From Lingula anatina (Eukaryota; Animalia; Brachiopoda), in the NCBI GenBank assembly GCA_051362555.1, contig CM120640.1, forward strand, positions 8,308,001 to 8,372,000: a stretch of DNA of 64,000 nt, in the 5' to 3' direction. Positions within the stretch are counted from its first letter, which is position 1, and each line of letters begins with the position of its first letter. The notes beneath the pieces were generated by a model. That model ran no database searches, was not told the DNA's origin, and saw only the letters and a list, made by a program, of their open reading frames with translations. A program made the position numbers and the translations under genes. Of this stretch, positions 35,981 to 50,200 are shown in pieces.

Positions 35981-36988
35981 AGCTAGGATACGGGAGTGCG
36001 CTTGAAATTATTTTTCTAATTTAATTGTGTAAATTGGGGCACTTGGGTAATGAAAACGCAACTGAAAAATTCAAACCACTTCTACCTTTATACATGTGTA
36101 CAGGAATGTTAGCAACTATCACTTTCAGTATAATCAGATACCATTAAGCAACTTAAATTAACTCAATTAATAAAGTTGAAAACATGCAGCTTTAAAGAAT
36201 AGATAGTCTGAAGCTGTTATTGTGGGAAAACATTTTGAAAAGGTCTAGAAAGTATTAATTCGTTCAATGCTACAGTTTCATTGAGTTATATTTATAATCA
36301 ATTGCAAATCTGCCCACAGAAATTTTTAATGCCATATGCACTGTAATATATACTTGTACATTATGCCAGAAGTTCAATCAAGGTTTGATAGGGTTGAAAA
36401 GATTTTAGTGAAGCTGTATCCCGGAGAAACATCAACATGACTTTACTGCTCACTTTATCAGGAAGTTCAAATAGTTTGTAGTTCTAATTATATTTGTGTA
36501 TATGCATTTTTTCTCAGTCCCTTAATTTACATTTAAATTCCTTTTGTTACTACTTATTTACCTAATCTTAACATCTTGAAGACATTGGTTGTCTTGAAAA
36601 TCTATTGATTCTTTTATTAATTGTTTATCTGAATTGGGAAATTTATCCTTCTGGTGCAGATACATTCATAAAATACAGCGATCTACAGTACAGGAGATTT
36701 TTGGCATACCCCATTCATGGTCACCCCGCCCGTACTCGAACAGTGTGGATGGGGCATTAGCCAATGTCTAATTAGATATGTAAATCAAATTTAAAACCGA
36801 AAATTATTAACCAAACAAAAAAAATATGGGTTACTGGTGACAGGTTGTCTGCTTAGCAGTTTGAATGCAGATAATTTGAAGATAGCTGTTATCTCATTTG
36901 ATAGCATGATAGTGTATGGATGAGACTGCAATTTCAAATAAATATATAGACATGTAGGTACTAGTAGCCTGACACAAAAGTTGCAAAG

Positions 36989-39900
36989 ATGTGGCGCGAT
37001 GTTCTTTTAGATTTTATGTTTGGTAGTAGTCACTCAGCACTTCTCATTGGTTCAACAGTGATTGCCGTGGCAACAGTCTTTTTTATAAAAAGCAATGCCA
37101 GGAGAAAAAGAGTGAGAAGCAATCGATACAAAGTGGAGAAGCAATGTGTCAAATATAAGAAAACTATATCAACAGTAGCTGAAAGAATAACGGAGAAAAA
37201 AGTAGGCATATATTTCAATTCTTGATTTTTTTCATCAATTATTTGTTGATAAAGTGAGATACATAATTTAATTATGAAGATATAAATTAGAAGCAGAAAT
37301 CTAACATATTTTTTTTACTTCTTATAAAGCAATATAATAAAAATAATTGATCAGATAATTAAAATGCAATGAATAAGTACGTTATATGGAGCTAGGTTTC
37401 ACTCCAATTATTTGACTTAATTTTCATTTTAAGTCTTTTGATCTGACACATAATCTATATTTCAATTTTTTATTTTATTTTCATAGTTTTCCCCAGAGCA
37501 GGTATATTCAATTACTGAGTTATCATTATCAGAGCTTGTCGCCAGTTTGAAGAACGGTCGCCTAAAAGCAGTGGATGTGTTAAATGCATATCAATCAAAG
37601 GTGTGTGATGGAGTATGCTATTATCGTATTTGACATAATTCGGAATCGTTTTACGCTCCTATTGTCAGGGACCCTTATGTTGTGTCAGGTACCCCTTACA
37701 TGTTTGTAATGTATTTTTGAATACTTCCTTATTGGTACAGACATGGTCTTATTTGCTGTATTTTATTGCCTTTGGATTTTTGAAGCCAGTTGAATTAGAC
37801 ACTTCCTAGTAGGATGTGGAGATGGTAAGGTGACCTCTAATTTATTAAAGCAATGTTGAGTTACTGTTAATTTGAATAAATAATGTCACTGCATGTAGTG
37901 CCAGTATAAAGCTATGTTAGTGACTGCGCTTTTGAGAAAAGAACTGTGTTTTTTGGGGAGAAAATTACTTTTTTTTTTGGGGGGGGGGGGGAGATCTGTG
38001 CTACAAGTCTTTGAGACACGACAATTGTGGTACATGCTGTGTGCCTAAATTTATTGTTATGTTATAATTAAAAACTTAACATGAGTTATTTTGTCTATAT
38101 GTGTTTACTAGCGTATAGGTAGACACCAAACCTTGGACGTATTTAACTTCTATCTTCAACTTCTATTGTGATCGACTGGAGAAACCTGGTATTACGTAAA
38201 GTCGAAGCTGATCAGGATGATACCCAACCTTATGCAATCTCAGTTAGATCAGCCCATTGTATCATATACAACATTGGTCAAAAAGGTTGTCCCACCCCCA
38301 CTTCCATGTACTTTTATTTACAAATGATCAACTCACAGCTGTAAATTGTTAGAAATAGTGCTTTTTATTACAGATACCGTGTCTAACACAATTAATGGTT
38401 TTAAAAAAATACAAAATAGTGGTGAAAATATACACATTTTATACCATTTAGTAAAATTTATAAGAGGTACCCCCTCAAATCTACTGTTTCACTGTGACTT
38501 CTACAGATGTAAAGAAATGTCTATTAAATTGAAAAGAGCGCCATCAAATTTTACCAAATTCACACACAATATTAGCATTAGGGTGTGCTCGTTAACGATC
38601 ACGTGCCTAACAGCGTGTGCATCTACCGCATACTGCAATTATCTCCTGTAGACGGCGCGACAAGCCTTCAACACGGGTAACAATTCTGTTTTGTGGGATA
38701 TTGTCCCATTCTTCTTAAACAAGTTGGGGGAGTTTGTCTATGTTTTTATGGGGTTGGTTCTCCTTTGCATTGCACACTCCAATTCATGTCACAGTTGATT
38801 AGTAAGTTTAATATCCGGGCTCAAAGATGGTGGTTCCATCCTTAGAGCATTGTGTTTCTTCAGCAAACACTTGCCAGGCGAGAGGTGTGAGCAAGTGTGC
38901 AGTCATGATAAAGCCTGGAGTTGACCCCAAAGTCAGTTCTTGAAGATGGAATGAGATATCAGCTGAGAATGCTATGTTTAGTGATCTCACAGGCACCTGA
39001 ACCTGGCCATCCATCACTGGAAGGAAGTCGGGCTTGATGCAGAATCAAATTATTTCTTGTATCCCACTGATGGTCATAGAGGGTCCATAGACAATGCCTC
39101 TTGGAAGGGTGTGTGTAGGATAATATCGCCTGAGGTGTTAGATAAGTCCATATTTGGAGAACATTCCAAGCCCATGGTATTAGTACGTACATTGTTCCTT
39201 TTGGAACAAAACGTAACAGGGGCATTTTAATGTAACATTCTTAACAGAAATCTCACTCCATTTGCAAGAGGTGACTTCAGGGATGCTACTGGCTTCATTG
39301 TGACAACGTACTTGCTCACAGCTCTCGCCTGGCAAGCGATTTGTTGCAGAAACACAGGGCTCTGAGGATGGGACAACCGTCTTTGAGCCCTGATATTAAT
39401 CCTACTGAGCACCTGTGGCATGAATTAGAATGTGCATTGCAGAGGAGAACCAATTCCCAAATAATCTTGATCAATTCCGCCACGCTCTTTAGGATGAATG
39501 GAACAATATCCCACATAACAGAATTATTTTTCGTGTTGAAGGCTTGTTGCGCCGTCTACAGGAGATAATTGCAGTACGCGGTAGACGCACACGCTGTTAG
39601 GCACGTGATTGTTAATTATGAAGATATAAATTAGAAGCAGAAATCTAACATATTTTTTTTACTTCTTATAAAGCAATATAATAAAAATAATTGATCAGAT
39701 AATTAAAATGCAATGAATAAGTACGTTATATGGAGCTAGGTTTCACTCCAATTATTTGACTTAATTTTCATTTTAAGTCTTTTGATCTGACACATAATCT
39801 ATATTTCAATTTTTTATTTTATTTTCATAGTTTTCCCCAGAGCAGGTAGATTCAATTACTGAGTTATCATTATCAGAGCTTGTCGCCAGTTTGAAGAACG

Positions 39901-42900
39901 GTCGCCTAAAAGCAGTGGATGTGTTAAATGCATATCAATCAAAGGTGTGTGATGGAGTATGCTATTATCGTATTTGACATAATTCGGAATCGTTTTACGC
40001 TCCTATTGTCAGGGACCCTTATGTTGTGTCAGGTACCCCTTACATGTTTGTAATGTATTTTTGAATACTTCCTTATTGGTACAGACATGGTCTTATTTGC
40101 TGTATTTTATTGCCTTTGGATTTTTGAAGCCAGTTGAATTAGACACTTCCTAGTAGGATGTGGAGATGGTAAGGTGACCTCTAATTTATTAAAGCAATGT
40201 TGAGTTACTGTTAATTTGAATAAATAATGTCACTGCATGTAGTGCCAGTATAAAGCTATGTTAGTGACTGCGCTTTTGAGAAAAGAACTGTGTTTTTTGG
40301 GGAGAAAATTACTTTTTTTTTTTGGGGGGGGGGGAGATCTGTGCTACAAGTCTTTGAGACACGACAATTGTGGTACATGCTGTGTGCCTAAATTTATTGT
40401 TATGTTATAATTAAAAACTTAACATGAGTTATTTTGTCTATATGTGTTTACTAGCGTATAGGTAGACACCAAACCTTGGACGTATTTAACTTCTATCTTC
40501 AACTTCTATTGTGATCGACTGGAGAAACCTGGTATTACGTAAAGTCGAAGCTGATCAGGATGATACCCAACCTTATGCAATCTCAGTTAGATCAGCCCAT
40601 TGTATCATATACAACATTGGTCAAAAAGGTTGTCCCACCCCCACTTCCATGTACTTTTATTTACAAATGATCAACTCACAGCTGTAAATTGTTAGAAATA
40701 GTGCTTTTTATTACAGATACCGTGTCTAACACAATTAATGGTTTTAAAAAAATACAAAATAGTGGTGAAAATATACACATTTTATACCATTTAGTAAAAT
40801 TTATAAGAGGTACCCCCTCAAATCTACTGTTTCACTGTGACTTCTACAGATGTAAAGAAATGTCTATTAAATTGAAAAGACGCCATCAAATTTCACCAAA
40901 TTCACACACAATATTAGCATTAGGGTGTGCTCGTTAACGATCACGTGCCTAACAGCGTGTGCATCTACCGCATACTGCAATTATCTCCTGTAGACGGCGC
41001 GACAAGCCTTCAACACGGGTAACAATTCTGTTTTGTGGGATATTGTCCCATTCTTCTTAAACAAGTTGGGGGAGTTTGTCTACGTTTTTATGGGGTTGGT
41101 TCTCCTTTGCATTGCACACTCCAATTCATGTCACAGTTGATTAGTAAGTTTAATATCCGGGCTCAAAGATGGTGGTTCCATCCTTAGAGCATTGTGTTTC
41201 TTCAGCAAACACTTGCCAGGCAAGAGGTGTGAGCAAGTGTGCAGTCATGATAAAGCCTGGGGTTGACCCCAAAGTCAGTTCTTGAAGATGGAATGAGATA
41301 TCAGCTGAGAATGCTATGTTTAGTGATCTCACAGGCACCTGAACCTGGCCATCCATCACTGGAAGGAAGTCGGGCTTGATGCAGAATCAAATTATTTCTT
41401 GTATCCCATTGATGGTCATAGAGGGTCCATAGACAATGCCTCTTGGAAGGGTGTGTGTAGGATAATATCGCCTGAGGTGTTAGATAAGTCCATATTTGGA
41501 GAACATTCCAAGCCCATGGTATTAGTACGTACATTGTTCCTTTTGGAACAAAACGTAACAGGGGCATTTTAATGTAACATTCTTAACAGAAATCTCACTC
41601 CATTTGCAAGAGGTGACTTCAGGGATGCTACTGGCTTCATTGTGACAACGTACTTGCTCACAGCTCTCGCCTGGCAAGCGATTTGTTGCAGAAACACAGG
41701 GCTCTGAGGATGGGACAACCGTCTTTGAGCCCTGATATTAATCCTACTGAGCACCTGTGGCATGAATTAGAATGTGCATTGCAGAGGAGAACCAATTCCC
41801 AAATAATCTTGATCAATTCCGCCACGCTCTTTAGGATGAATGGAACAATAACCCACATAACAGAATTATTTTTCGTGTTGAAGGCTTGTCGCGCCGTCTA
41901 CAGGAGATAATTGCAGTACGCGGTAGACGCACACGCTGTTAGGCACGTGATTGTTAACGAGCACACCCTAATGCTAATTGTGTGTGAATTTGGTGACATT
42001 TGATGGCCTCTTTTCAATTTAATAGACATTTCTTTACATCTGTAAAAGTCACAGTGAAACAGTGGATTTGAGGGTGTATCTCTTATAAATTTATTTTACT
42101 TAATGGTATAAAATGTGTATATTTTCACCACTATTTTGTATTTTTTTAACCATTAATCATGTTAGACATGGTATCTGTGATAAAAAACACTATTTCTAAC
42201 AATTTACAGCTGTGAGGTGATCATTTGTAAATAAAAGTACATGGAAATGGGGGTGGGACAACCTTTTTGACCAATGTTGTATAATATTTACTATGACATT
42301 AACAGAATTAAACTACTGACAATTTGCATTATTACCCCTTCTATTATAGGCAATAGAACAAAATGAGCAGTATAATTTCATCACAACATTTTTGAAAGAA
42401 GCTGAGGTATGCTAGTACATATTTATATCATTCAATTGGCATTTAAGGAGGATGTTACAAATGTGACAGAACAAGGAACTTCATGTAATTCCTTTGATAA
42501 CAATTGGATTCAAAAGAGAAACCATGATTTGGTTTGTTAATTTAGTTTATTGCAATTTCCAATGCATCAATTTTAGATCTTCATCAGACCTAGATCTTAC
42601 CAGTTTGTTAAAAAAAAATTTAAGTCTTTCAGATTAAAATCAATGCCATGTTTTTGACAATGTTTTTTTTTCCATTTTATACAGGATGCAGCATTAGCCC
42701 TAGATGAAACTGACAAACCAAAAGGGATGTTACATGGAGTGCCTGTTTCTTTAAAAGATTTCTTTACTGTGAAGGTATATGTCTTACTTCACAGGGGTGG
42801 ATCCAGGATTATTTGAAGGGGGGGGGGGTCTGTGGATGCGAAGCCAACCCTCCCTCACCCTTGACGTAGGGTGCGAGCCCAAAACGTTGGTATTTAAGAG

Positions 42901-43317
42901 GGTGAACGGTGCAGTATTTTTAAGATTGAGAACTTTGATTTAGCTAGTCAAAACTCTAATTTCAAGAGGGAACCATTGGTGTGATTTTTTTCAGAAATAG
43001 GGGGGTTTCAGGACCCCCCTGACACCCCCTTAATCTGCCACTTTGAATTATATTTAATATTATTTTGATATTAATATTAATTTAATTATACTATTAATTA
43101 TAGAGATTTGAAAAGTGGTTTTACATATTTTGATTCAGTAAAAATTTAATTTTCATGATAGTTTCACAGTGGCAGATTTAGGGGGGGGGGAAGGGGATCC
43201 TGAAACCCCCTTCGATTTCTGACTAGTTGAATTTTGACTAGCTGAATCTTAGTTCTAAACCGTACCAAATGGCACTGTTTGCCCTCTAAAATAGAATATT
43301 TCGGGTACCTTCACCAA

Positions 43318-43349
<32 letters not shown>

Positions 43350-46300
43350 CTGCTTTGCATCCGCAGTCCCCCCCCTTCAAATAAACTTGGATCTGCCCCT
43401 GGATTCACTTCAAAAATGCTTTTCATGGCATTTGATTTGAAGAGGTTAATAAATATGATATCACTTAAAAGTTACTAAGAAGTAGATAGTTTAACTACAA
43501 ACTGTTCTACCTTCTTGTATAAAATGTGCATTTTACCATATAACATTCTATAAATTTTATGTAGGGCTATGACACCACCCTTGGCATGGCCAGATATGTT
43601 GACAGCCCATGGGCAGAAGATTGTGTGGTTGTCAAGGTACCATTTCTATACAGTGATGACTGTCAAAGATACTTATCTATGGGACTATTCCCACAGATAT
43701 TTGGATCGATCTATCTCCCTGGGGAGTCTCACTAAATTGCTATCAAACTAACCAGCTTAAACGTCTGTCACGCCTAGTAAAACTGTTAGTAGTAATTATC
43801 TTTACCCCTAGCTGATTCGGTAGGCGTGACAGACATTTAAGCCTCTTGAGCTGACAACAATTTAGCGTGAACCCCCAGGGAGTTAGGTCGATCCAGCTGG
43901 ATTGATCTAAGCATGGGAACCCAGTCTATGTTCATACATGTTGCGGCTCAGTTGGGTTGCACAATGTAGTATTAAGTCTGATAATTCCTGGCTTTTTTTG
44001 CAATTCATGCTTGGCTTTAACGTTGTTAATTATGGAGCCTGTCAATCCTCAATCATTCTTACCTCATTGGGGAGCATATAATCTAAGCAGTGCCACTTGG
44101 AATTATCATTTACAAAAAACCAGCACTACCATATGACCAGGTCTTTACTCCCTGCTTTATCCTCCTGGGTGCATAGTGAGGAGACAACAGGCACCATATG
44201 TATTAGAATCTTTTGCATGACCCGGCCATTGGAGTCATACTCATGACCTAGCTCCTGCACTATAGGCAAGCATATATTTTTAAGGGACCTGCTTTATTAT
44301 GTAAAATCAGATAAGTTTTGACACTGGGTGTCGGACGTAACATTAAGGGACCATTCCCACAGATATTTGGATCGGTCTTGTTTGTGTTAATTTTAAGATA
44401 GCTTTTAAATATTTATGTACAGTGTGTTATGGTTTCTATAATCTCTTTTTGTAAAAACAGCAGTGAAACTTGCATAACCTTTTATTTGGAATTATTTTTG
44501 AATCTGGAATAGCAGTTAGAAAATAAGAAATGTTTCATTGAATGCTTGGTAAGCCCCCCCCCCCCCTTCCCCCTCCCCTCCCAAGCAATTAAAAAAAAAA
44601 AACTGGTACAGCAACCAACCTACCGGGCCTGCTTGTGTTCAGTAGCAACTGAGTGAAAAAGTTAATGTTGAGACCTGGGATGTATTATTTACTGAGAACA
44701 GCGCGAACCAAAATAACCAAATCTCACTGATTTTATTTTTCTTTAAATGAAAAGCGTAATTGACTATGACTTAAAATGCAGATAAAAATATTACGTGAAA
44801 TTCTAAAGGTTTTATTGCTTTGTTAAATTTTTATCTAATTATTTAATTAAATCTAATTTTGCTAATTCCAGGTCCTCAAGTACCAGGGTGCAATTCCCTT
44901 TATGAAGACAAATATCCCCCAAACCAACTTACAGTAAGTGAAAACACATTTTGATGAAATTAGTACACTTTCCAAGTTTTAATTCAGTTCTCCAAGGTGT
45001 CATTACTTAATCTATTTGTATCTATTTACATACGTTACAATCACTGCTATTCTATGGTACTGGCTATTTGGCTCATGTTATGTGTAGAAGTTTATCCTTA
45101 TGGTTGTTTATTAGCTTTGACTGCTCAAATCCAATATTTGGACGAACTCCAAACCCTTGGTCAAAACAGCGGACTCCAGGCGGATCATCAGGAGGTGAAG
45201 CAGCAGCCATTGCAGCTGGGAGCTCTATTGTTGGGATGGGAAGTGATATTGGTAATGAATCTTTACTAGGCTAGCTGGAATATCTGTAATACAAATCTGT
45301 TCAAAAACTTAGTACAGCTGCCTTATTAATAGTAAATACCAATATGATCACCATTCAAACAGAGTATAGTTTCATTTTTTAAAGAAACTCTATGTAGATG
45401 AAAAAAGATTTTCTGAATATTTAGCCATTTTTGATTAAGGAAAAATGACTGCATTTGACTACTGGTGTACCGCTCGGGTGACAGTGTACATATTATCTCA
45501 CACTTAAATATACAATTGCTACAAAAATTTCATATAATTTTCAGGTGGAAGCATCAGAATTCCAGCTCACTTCTGTGGAATATGTGGGATAAAGCCAACT
45601 GTGGGTAGAATAAGGTATTTTTGTAATAGAATATCTGTCAAAGAGTGTTATATCTGAGCAGAAATTTCATTTTTACAATGCTGTTAAAATGGTGTTTAAT
45701 ACGGATTTTGTTAGCTACAAACAATTTTGTGTCAACCTTTATTCAACAATATATTTAACTTGCCACAGTGTTTATGTGATATACATTTTTGCACATGCTT
45801 TCATATTTTCAGTAAAAAGGGACTTCATATGTTCAAAGGAGAAAATTTGTGTATGTAAAAACATTTTGCTTACATAACATAAAATTCAACATACAGTAAT
45901 GACATTGAAAAAAAAGCAGATCCATTGGGGTGGTGGTGGTGGTGGTGGGGGGGGGGGGGGGGGGCAGTAGGTGCATGTACTATCACAACCATACCCAGGT
46001 GCATCTAACACAACCAAGCTCAATTATCACACTATGTGGAGCTGCATCTCCAACAATGGAGATTGATACATTTAACATAAAATCAGAATTGTTGAAACAA
46101 AATAAGATTTTAAAGATAAAAAGTGTTTTAAATGAATTAAATTTCACTAATATGTCAAGTTAACTAATGGAAATTTAGTTACAGCAATAATTCATACCTG
46201 TTTTTTGGTGTTAGAAATTGTCTACATCTTTCATATTTTGAAAAACAATTTAAATGTTCAAAATGGCTTTTGGTTAGCAGAGTGAAGTTAAACTTTTCAC

Positions 46301-48378
46301 ACTGGTTTCTTCCATGATTTATTGAATAAAGTGTGTTTAAACTTTTCACAGTGGCTGCATCCATGGGACCGATGGGCAGAGATGTGGATAGCATGGCAAC
46401 CATGATGAAAGCCTTGCTAGTACCCTATATGTTTGAACTGGATCCAATGACCCCACCATTAACTTTTAATACAGAGGTAATGACAGCTTATTGTATAAGT
46501 AAAGAGAGGTTTGATATGGAGTAATATTGAGTTTCGAGGGCTGCCAATGTGACAGCAAGATATTGGAAATGTTTTGGTTATATTTAGGACCAACTTCTGA
46601 TAGGGTCTATATTTCAAGGTCCATATATATATATTTATAGAGTAAATAAGTAGCCTGTTTTGGGAAATTTGGAGTTTCAAAGACTGAATAAATCTTAATC
46701 TGGCCAAGAAAAATCTCTTATTTTTACTTTCGAGATTAGGAATACGAAAGTAACCGTCCACTGAAGATAGGCTTCTACTTGGAGGATGACTGGTCAGTGC
46801 CAATCCCAGCATGCAACAGAGCTGTTGAATTGGCAGTTGCCACATTAAAGAGTCAGGGACATGAGGTTACAGAAAAAATAGTTCAAATTTTTTTTACATA
46901 AAAGCATTAGAGTTTGAAGGTTGGAGATGGCATTATCATTTTTAACTGTAAACTAAAACTTCTTTGTAGAATTAGGCATTTATTCTTAAGTTTGCCATAG
47001 AAATAATTTAATTATGTACATGTACTCAACATTCAGCAATTGTTTATTTCCATGTGGCAGGTGGTTCCATACAGTCCAACCAGAGCACAGGAGATGTACT
47101 TGGACTACTATATGAGATTTTGCATGGCTGATGGGGGTCAGGAACTTCTAAAATCTCTGTAGGAGCCCTTTCAGTTGAATAACAAACATATAGATAAATT
47201 TGTATCTAACCTCTACCACGTAGAGGGTACATGTAATAGATGCATGTCACTCCTCATACAGTATCCAGAAATTGAAGGAATTGGGGGGGGGGGGGGATTG
47301 ATTTGCCATTTAAAAAACCCTCTCATTTAGACACCCACTTCTCACTGGATCTGCCTGTATTGTTTAGTGTGTTACAAACAGTAAAAGACATATAATATGT
47401 CATATCAGAATATTTTGTCAGTTTGGTAATTAGATAAAATTCAGTCTTAATAATGTTTCTTAATTGGTCACATTGTAAACATATCTGATTATTTCTGTTC
47501 AGAGAAGATGAACCCATATTTGACCCTACCATTAAAGGCCAAGTTTCAGTGCTAAAACTACCAAAGATCTTACGTACTACACTGGCAATACTACTGAAAC
47601 CCATGGCAAGTGTTTATTACATTTCACTCACTTCATTTATACTAGTAAATTATTTGAAGTTAGTGTTTATCAGTTTTGTGAATAGACAATAATGCCACTG
47701 TTACTTTGTGAACTTAACTGTTTAAAACAAGTGCTTTAATTTTTACTATTGTGTAAAATGCTTGTGAACAATCTTGCTATAAAGAGCTTTGCTGCCAACA
47801 CTCCCCTTATTGGTCATTGTTTTACATTTAGTGGTTACATATATCACATCTCATTTTTCAGATGCCACTTCTGAGCAGAATGATTTTATGTCTAAATGGA
47901 TTCAGGTATGGAATGTAAGGAGAGTGATATAGTGTCTGCTTACACATTTTTCTCTTCCATAATAAAAGGTAATATATTTGTTATTGAGGAAAACAGATAC
48001 ATTTGATGACATCAGTTATTCATTCCTTCATGATAGATAATGATATATTTATAAAAAAATGTTTATTTTTGCATAGGCATATTAAAAGGGAGGAGTATGT
48101 GCTCTTCCCTTCTTTTTTTTTAATCAAAATGTTATCCTGGCTCATGGAACAAACGCCATTGTGGTGTATATAGAACATACCCATATACAGGTATATGTGT
48201 GTGTGTGTGTTTACTGGTATATTAATTACTTTGATCAATGAACACATACTTTTTGAAAATGATATGTTTGTCATTGCAGGTCGATCAAAGACATGAATGA
48301 GAAAAAATGTGACATCCAGGTAAAACAGGCAGTGAATTTTTCTGAAATTTAATCTGGTCCATGAATGAATGAAATGCT

Positions 48379-48426
<48 letters not shown>

Positions 48427-49251
48427 CATGCGCAGAGAGAGAGGGAGAAAGAGAGACAGAGTTTTTGTTTTTGACAAAGTATAAATGAAATTGTTAAATA
48501 TGGTTGGACATGTTTTCAACATTTTCTGCCTGCCAAAATCCCTCAGAGTGATTTGCATCAAATCTCACATAATGTGATAGTTTTGGGAATAGAACCTCAT
48601 ATTTAGAATTCTCCAGAGACCTAAATAGTTGTTTGCTTCTTCATCAGATACACATATAGAAGTTCCTAACAATTTTTGCCTTTTAAGGCCAATCATTGAC
48701 ATAACCTTAAATTATTTTAACTTGGCTGTAGGAGTGGCAGTTGAAGATTCTGCAGGATTGGGAGAGGCTTGGTCTAGATGCTGTTGTATGCCCAGTTGCT
48801 CCTTGTGTGGCTGTACTGAATGGCTACCCAGCAAAGTGCCTCGGTATGGATGTAAAATCTTGGATGAATAAAACTTATTTGTCCTAGCTGCAAACAATAT
48901 ATACTACTACTTGTGATTACGAGCATTACATCATATATAGCCACCATACTTTTTTTAATGTCTTGTTAAGTAAATGTAATGATGTTAATCCTTTCATTCA
49001 GGTGCTCTAAGCTACACAGCATATTACAATTTAGCAGACTTTCCAGCTGGTGTGGTGCCAGTGACCACAGTGACAGCAGAGGATGACCAAAATCTCAAGT
49101 CTTACTACAGTCATGATGTTCTTTGGATGAAAAACATGAAAATGGTAAATACCATTAGTTGATAGTTAACGTAAAATATATCTAACGTAAAATGTATCTT
49201 TCCATTCAAATTGGCTGATATTTCTTGTGACCTTACACATTTGTCTGAAAT

Positions 49252-49294
<43 letters not shown>

Positions 49295-49540
49295 AATTGT
49301 TAACATTTCTTACATCATCATTCACATAATGTTTGTAGTGTTAGTAAATGCCTAATCTGTTTACAAGGCCTGATATCTGTCACTTTTCCCATGTCATCCA
49401 AACTGATGTTTTGGTCTTTGTAGGGTTGTGTTGATGCCATTGGCCTTCCTGTTGGAGTGCAGTGTGTTACAAAGCCTTGGCATGAAGAGTTGTGCTTGAG
49501 AGTTATGAGGGATGTAGAAAATGGACTGAAAAAAGATTAA
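36989..49540 (+). CDS. FAAH: Fatty-acid amide hydrolase (FAAH1-like), copy 2, intact, 586 aa if one exon 2 is used
   Basis: Exons 36989-37201, 37487-37600 (2a) and/or 39831-39944 (2b), 42350-42406, 42685-42774, 43565-43636, 44872-44933, 45115-45251, 45545-45614, 45813-45850, 46352-46476, 46740-46865, 47061-47158, 47503-47605 (GC donor), 47862-47905, 48280-48319, 48732-48843, 49002-49144, 49424-49540 give a 1761-nt open frame. N-terminal TM helix; Lys-Ser-Ser triad motifs [21 protein letters not shown]; also [41 protein letters not shown]. Confidence 0.92.
37268..41957 (+). repeat. Recent 2.34-kb tandem duplication inside FAAH copy 2 (units about 37268-39611 and 39612-41953)
   Basis: Near-identical units. 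The junction gcacgtgattg-TTAA-ttatgaagat at 39601-39625 joins the foldback right arm to intron 1 through a TTAA microhomology. Confidence 0.92.
38269..39615. mobile_element. Tc1-derived foldback element, right arm truncated by the internal duplication
   Basis: Same left terminus TA|CAACATTGGTC and [11 protein letters not shown] remnant; ends at the duplication junction. Confidence 0.85.
40612..42279. mobile_element. Tc1-derived foldback element, complete copy, FAAH copy 2 intron 2
   Basis: Both termini present with TA TSD. About 180 bp longer than the copy-1 element, which has an internal deletion at about 21516. Confidence 0.9.
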
Positions 49541-49849
49541 TCAGTCAGGTGTTTTCGGTAATATTATAGAAAACATCTGCTGCAGCAATCCAAGTGGGAA
49601 AAGACCCAGATTATTCATTACGAGTGACCAAACAATGATCATAATCTTTGCTGACAAACATTGAAATTTGAGAGAGAGAGACTGAGAACGTGAAATTCAT
49701 CTGTTGCGATAATTTGAGGCACTTGCAGTTTTACTCTCAAGGGGTGCTTCTAGAATGTAATTGCTTACAGTGGTTTTAAGGATGTTTCTCTAAAAATTAA
49801 TTTCAATGTGAAAATTAATTTCCTATGTGAAAGAAAGGTGTCAAAATTG

Positions 49850-49889
<40 letters not shown>

Positions 49890-50043
49890 TATAAGAAATT
49901 ACCCTTACCAAAAACATGAGTTTTGTAATTTGTTTTGTGGATTCAAACAAGAATCATAATACATGCTTTCTGATGATCAAAAGACTAGTACTTATTATGT
50001 AGCTTCTGAAATTTTAAGAGGTTGTTGATAACGTGTTTACACT

Positions 50044-50200
50044 GCCCGCTTGGCTGAGCTTGTGGTGAGAGTGTCTTCCTATGGAACGAGATGTGGTTTC
50101 ATCCTCATCCATATCAGTCCTTCACAAATGCTTCTTGCTAGCTCCTCGCCTGGCACTCATCACTGAGAGATTTAAGCATGGGGAAAGTACCTGGGCTGGC
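50044..50200 (+). mobile_element. Possible degraded tRNA-derived SINE
   Basis: A-box-like tggctgagcttgtgg and B-box-like ggtttcaatcct, followed by tgctagctcctcgcctggcactca, which is reminiscent of a conserved SINE core. Weak. Confidence 0.3.

Larger units (their letters stand above)
35235..49730 (+). repeat. Tandem segmental duplication, unit 2
   Basis: Collinear paralog of 17860-35189. Lacks the LINE and two MITEs and has a private 2.34-kb internal duplication. Confidence 0.95.
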
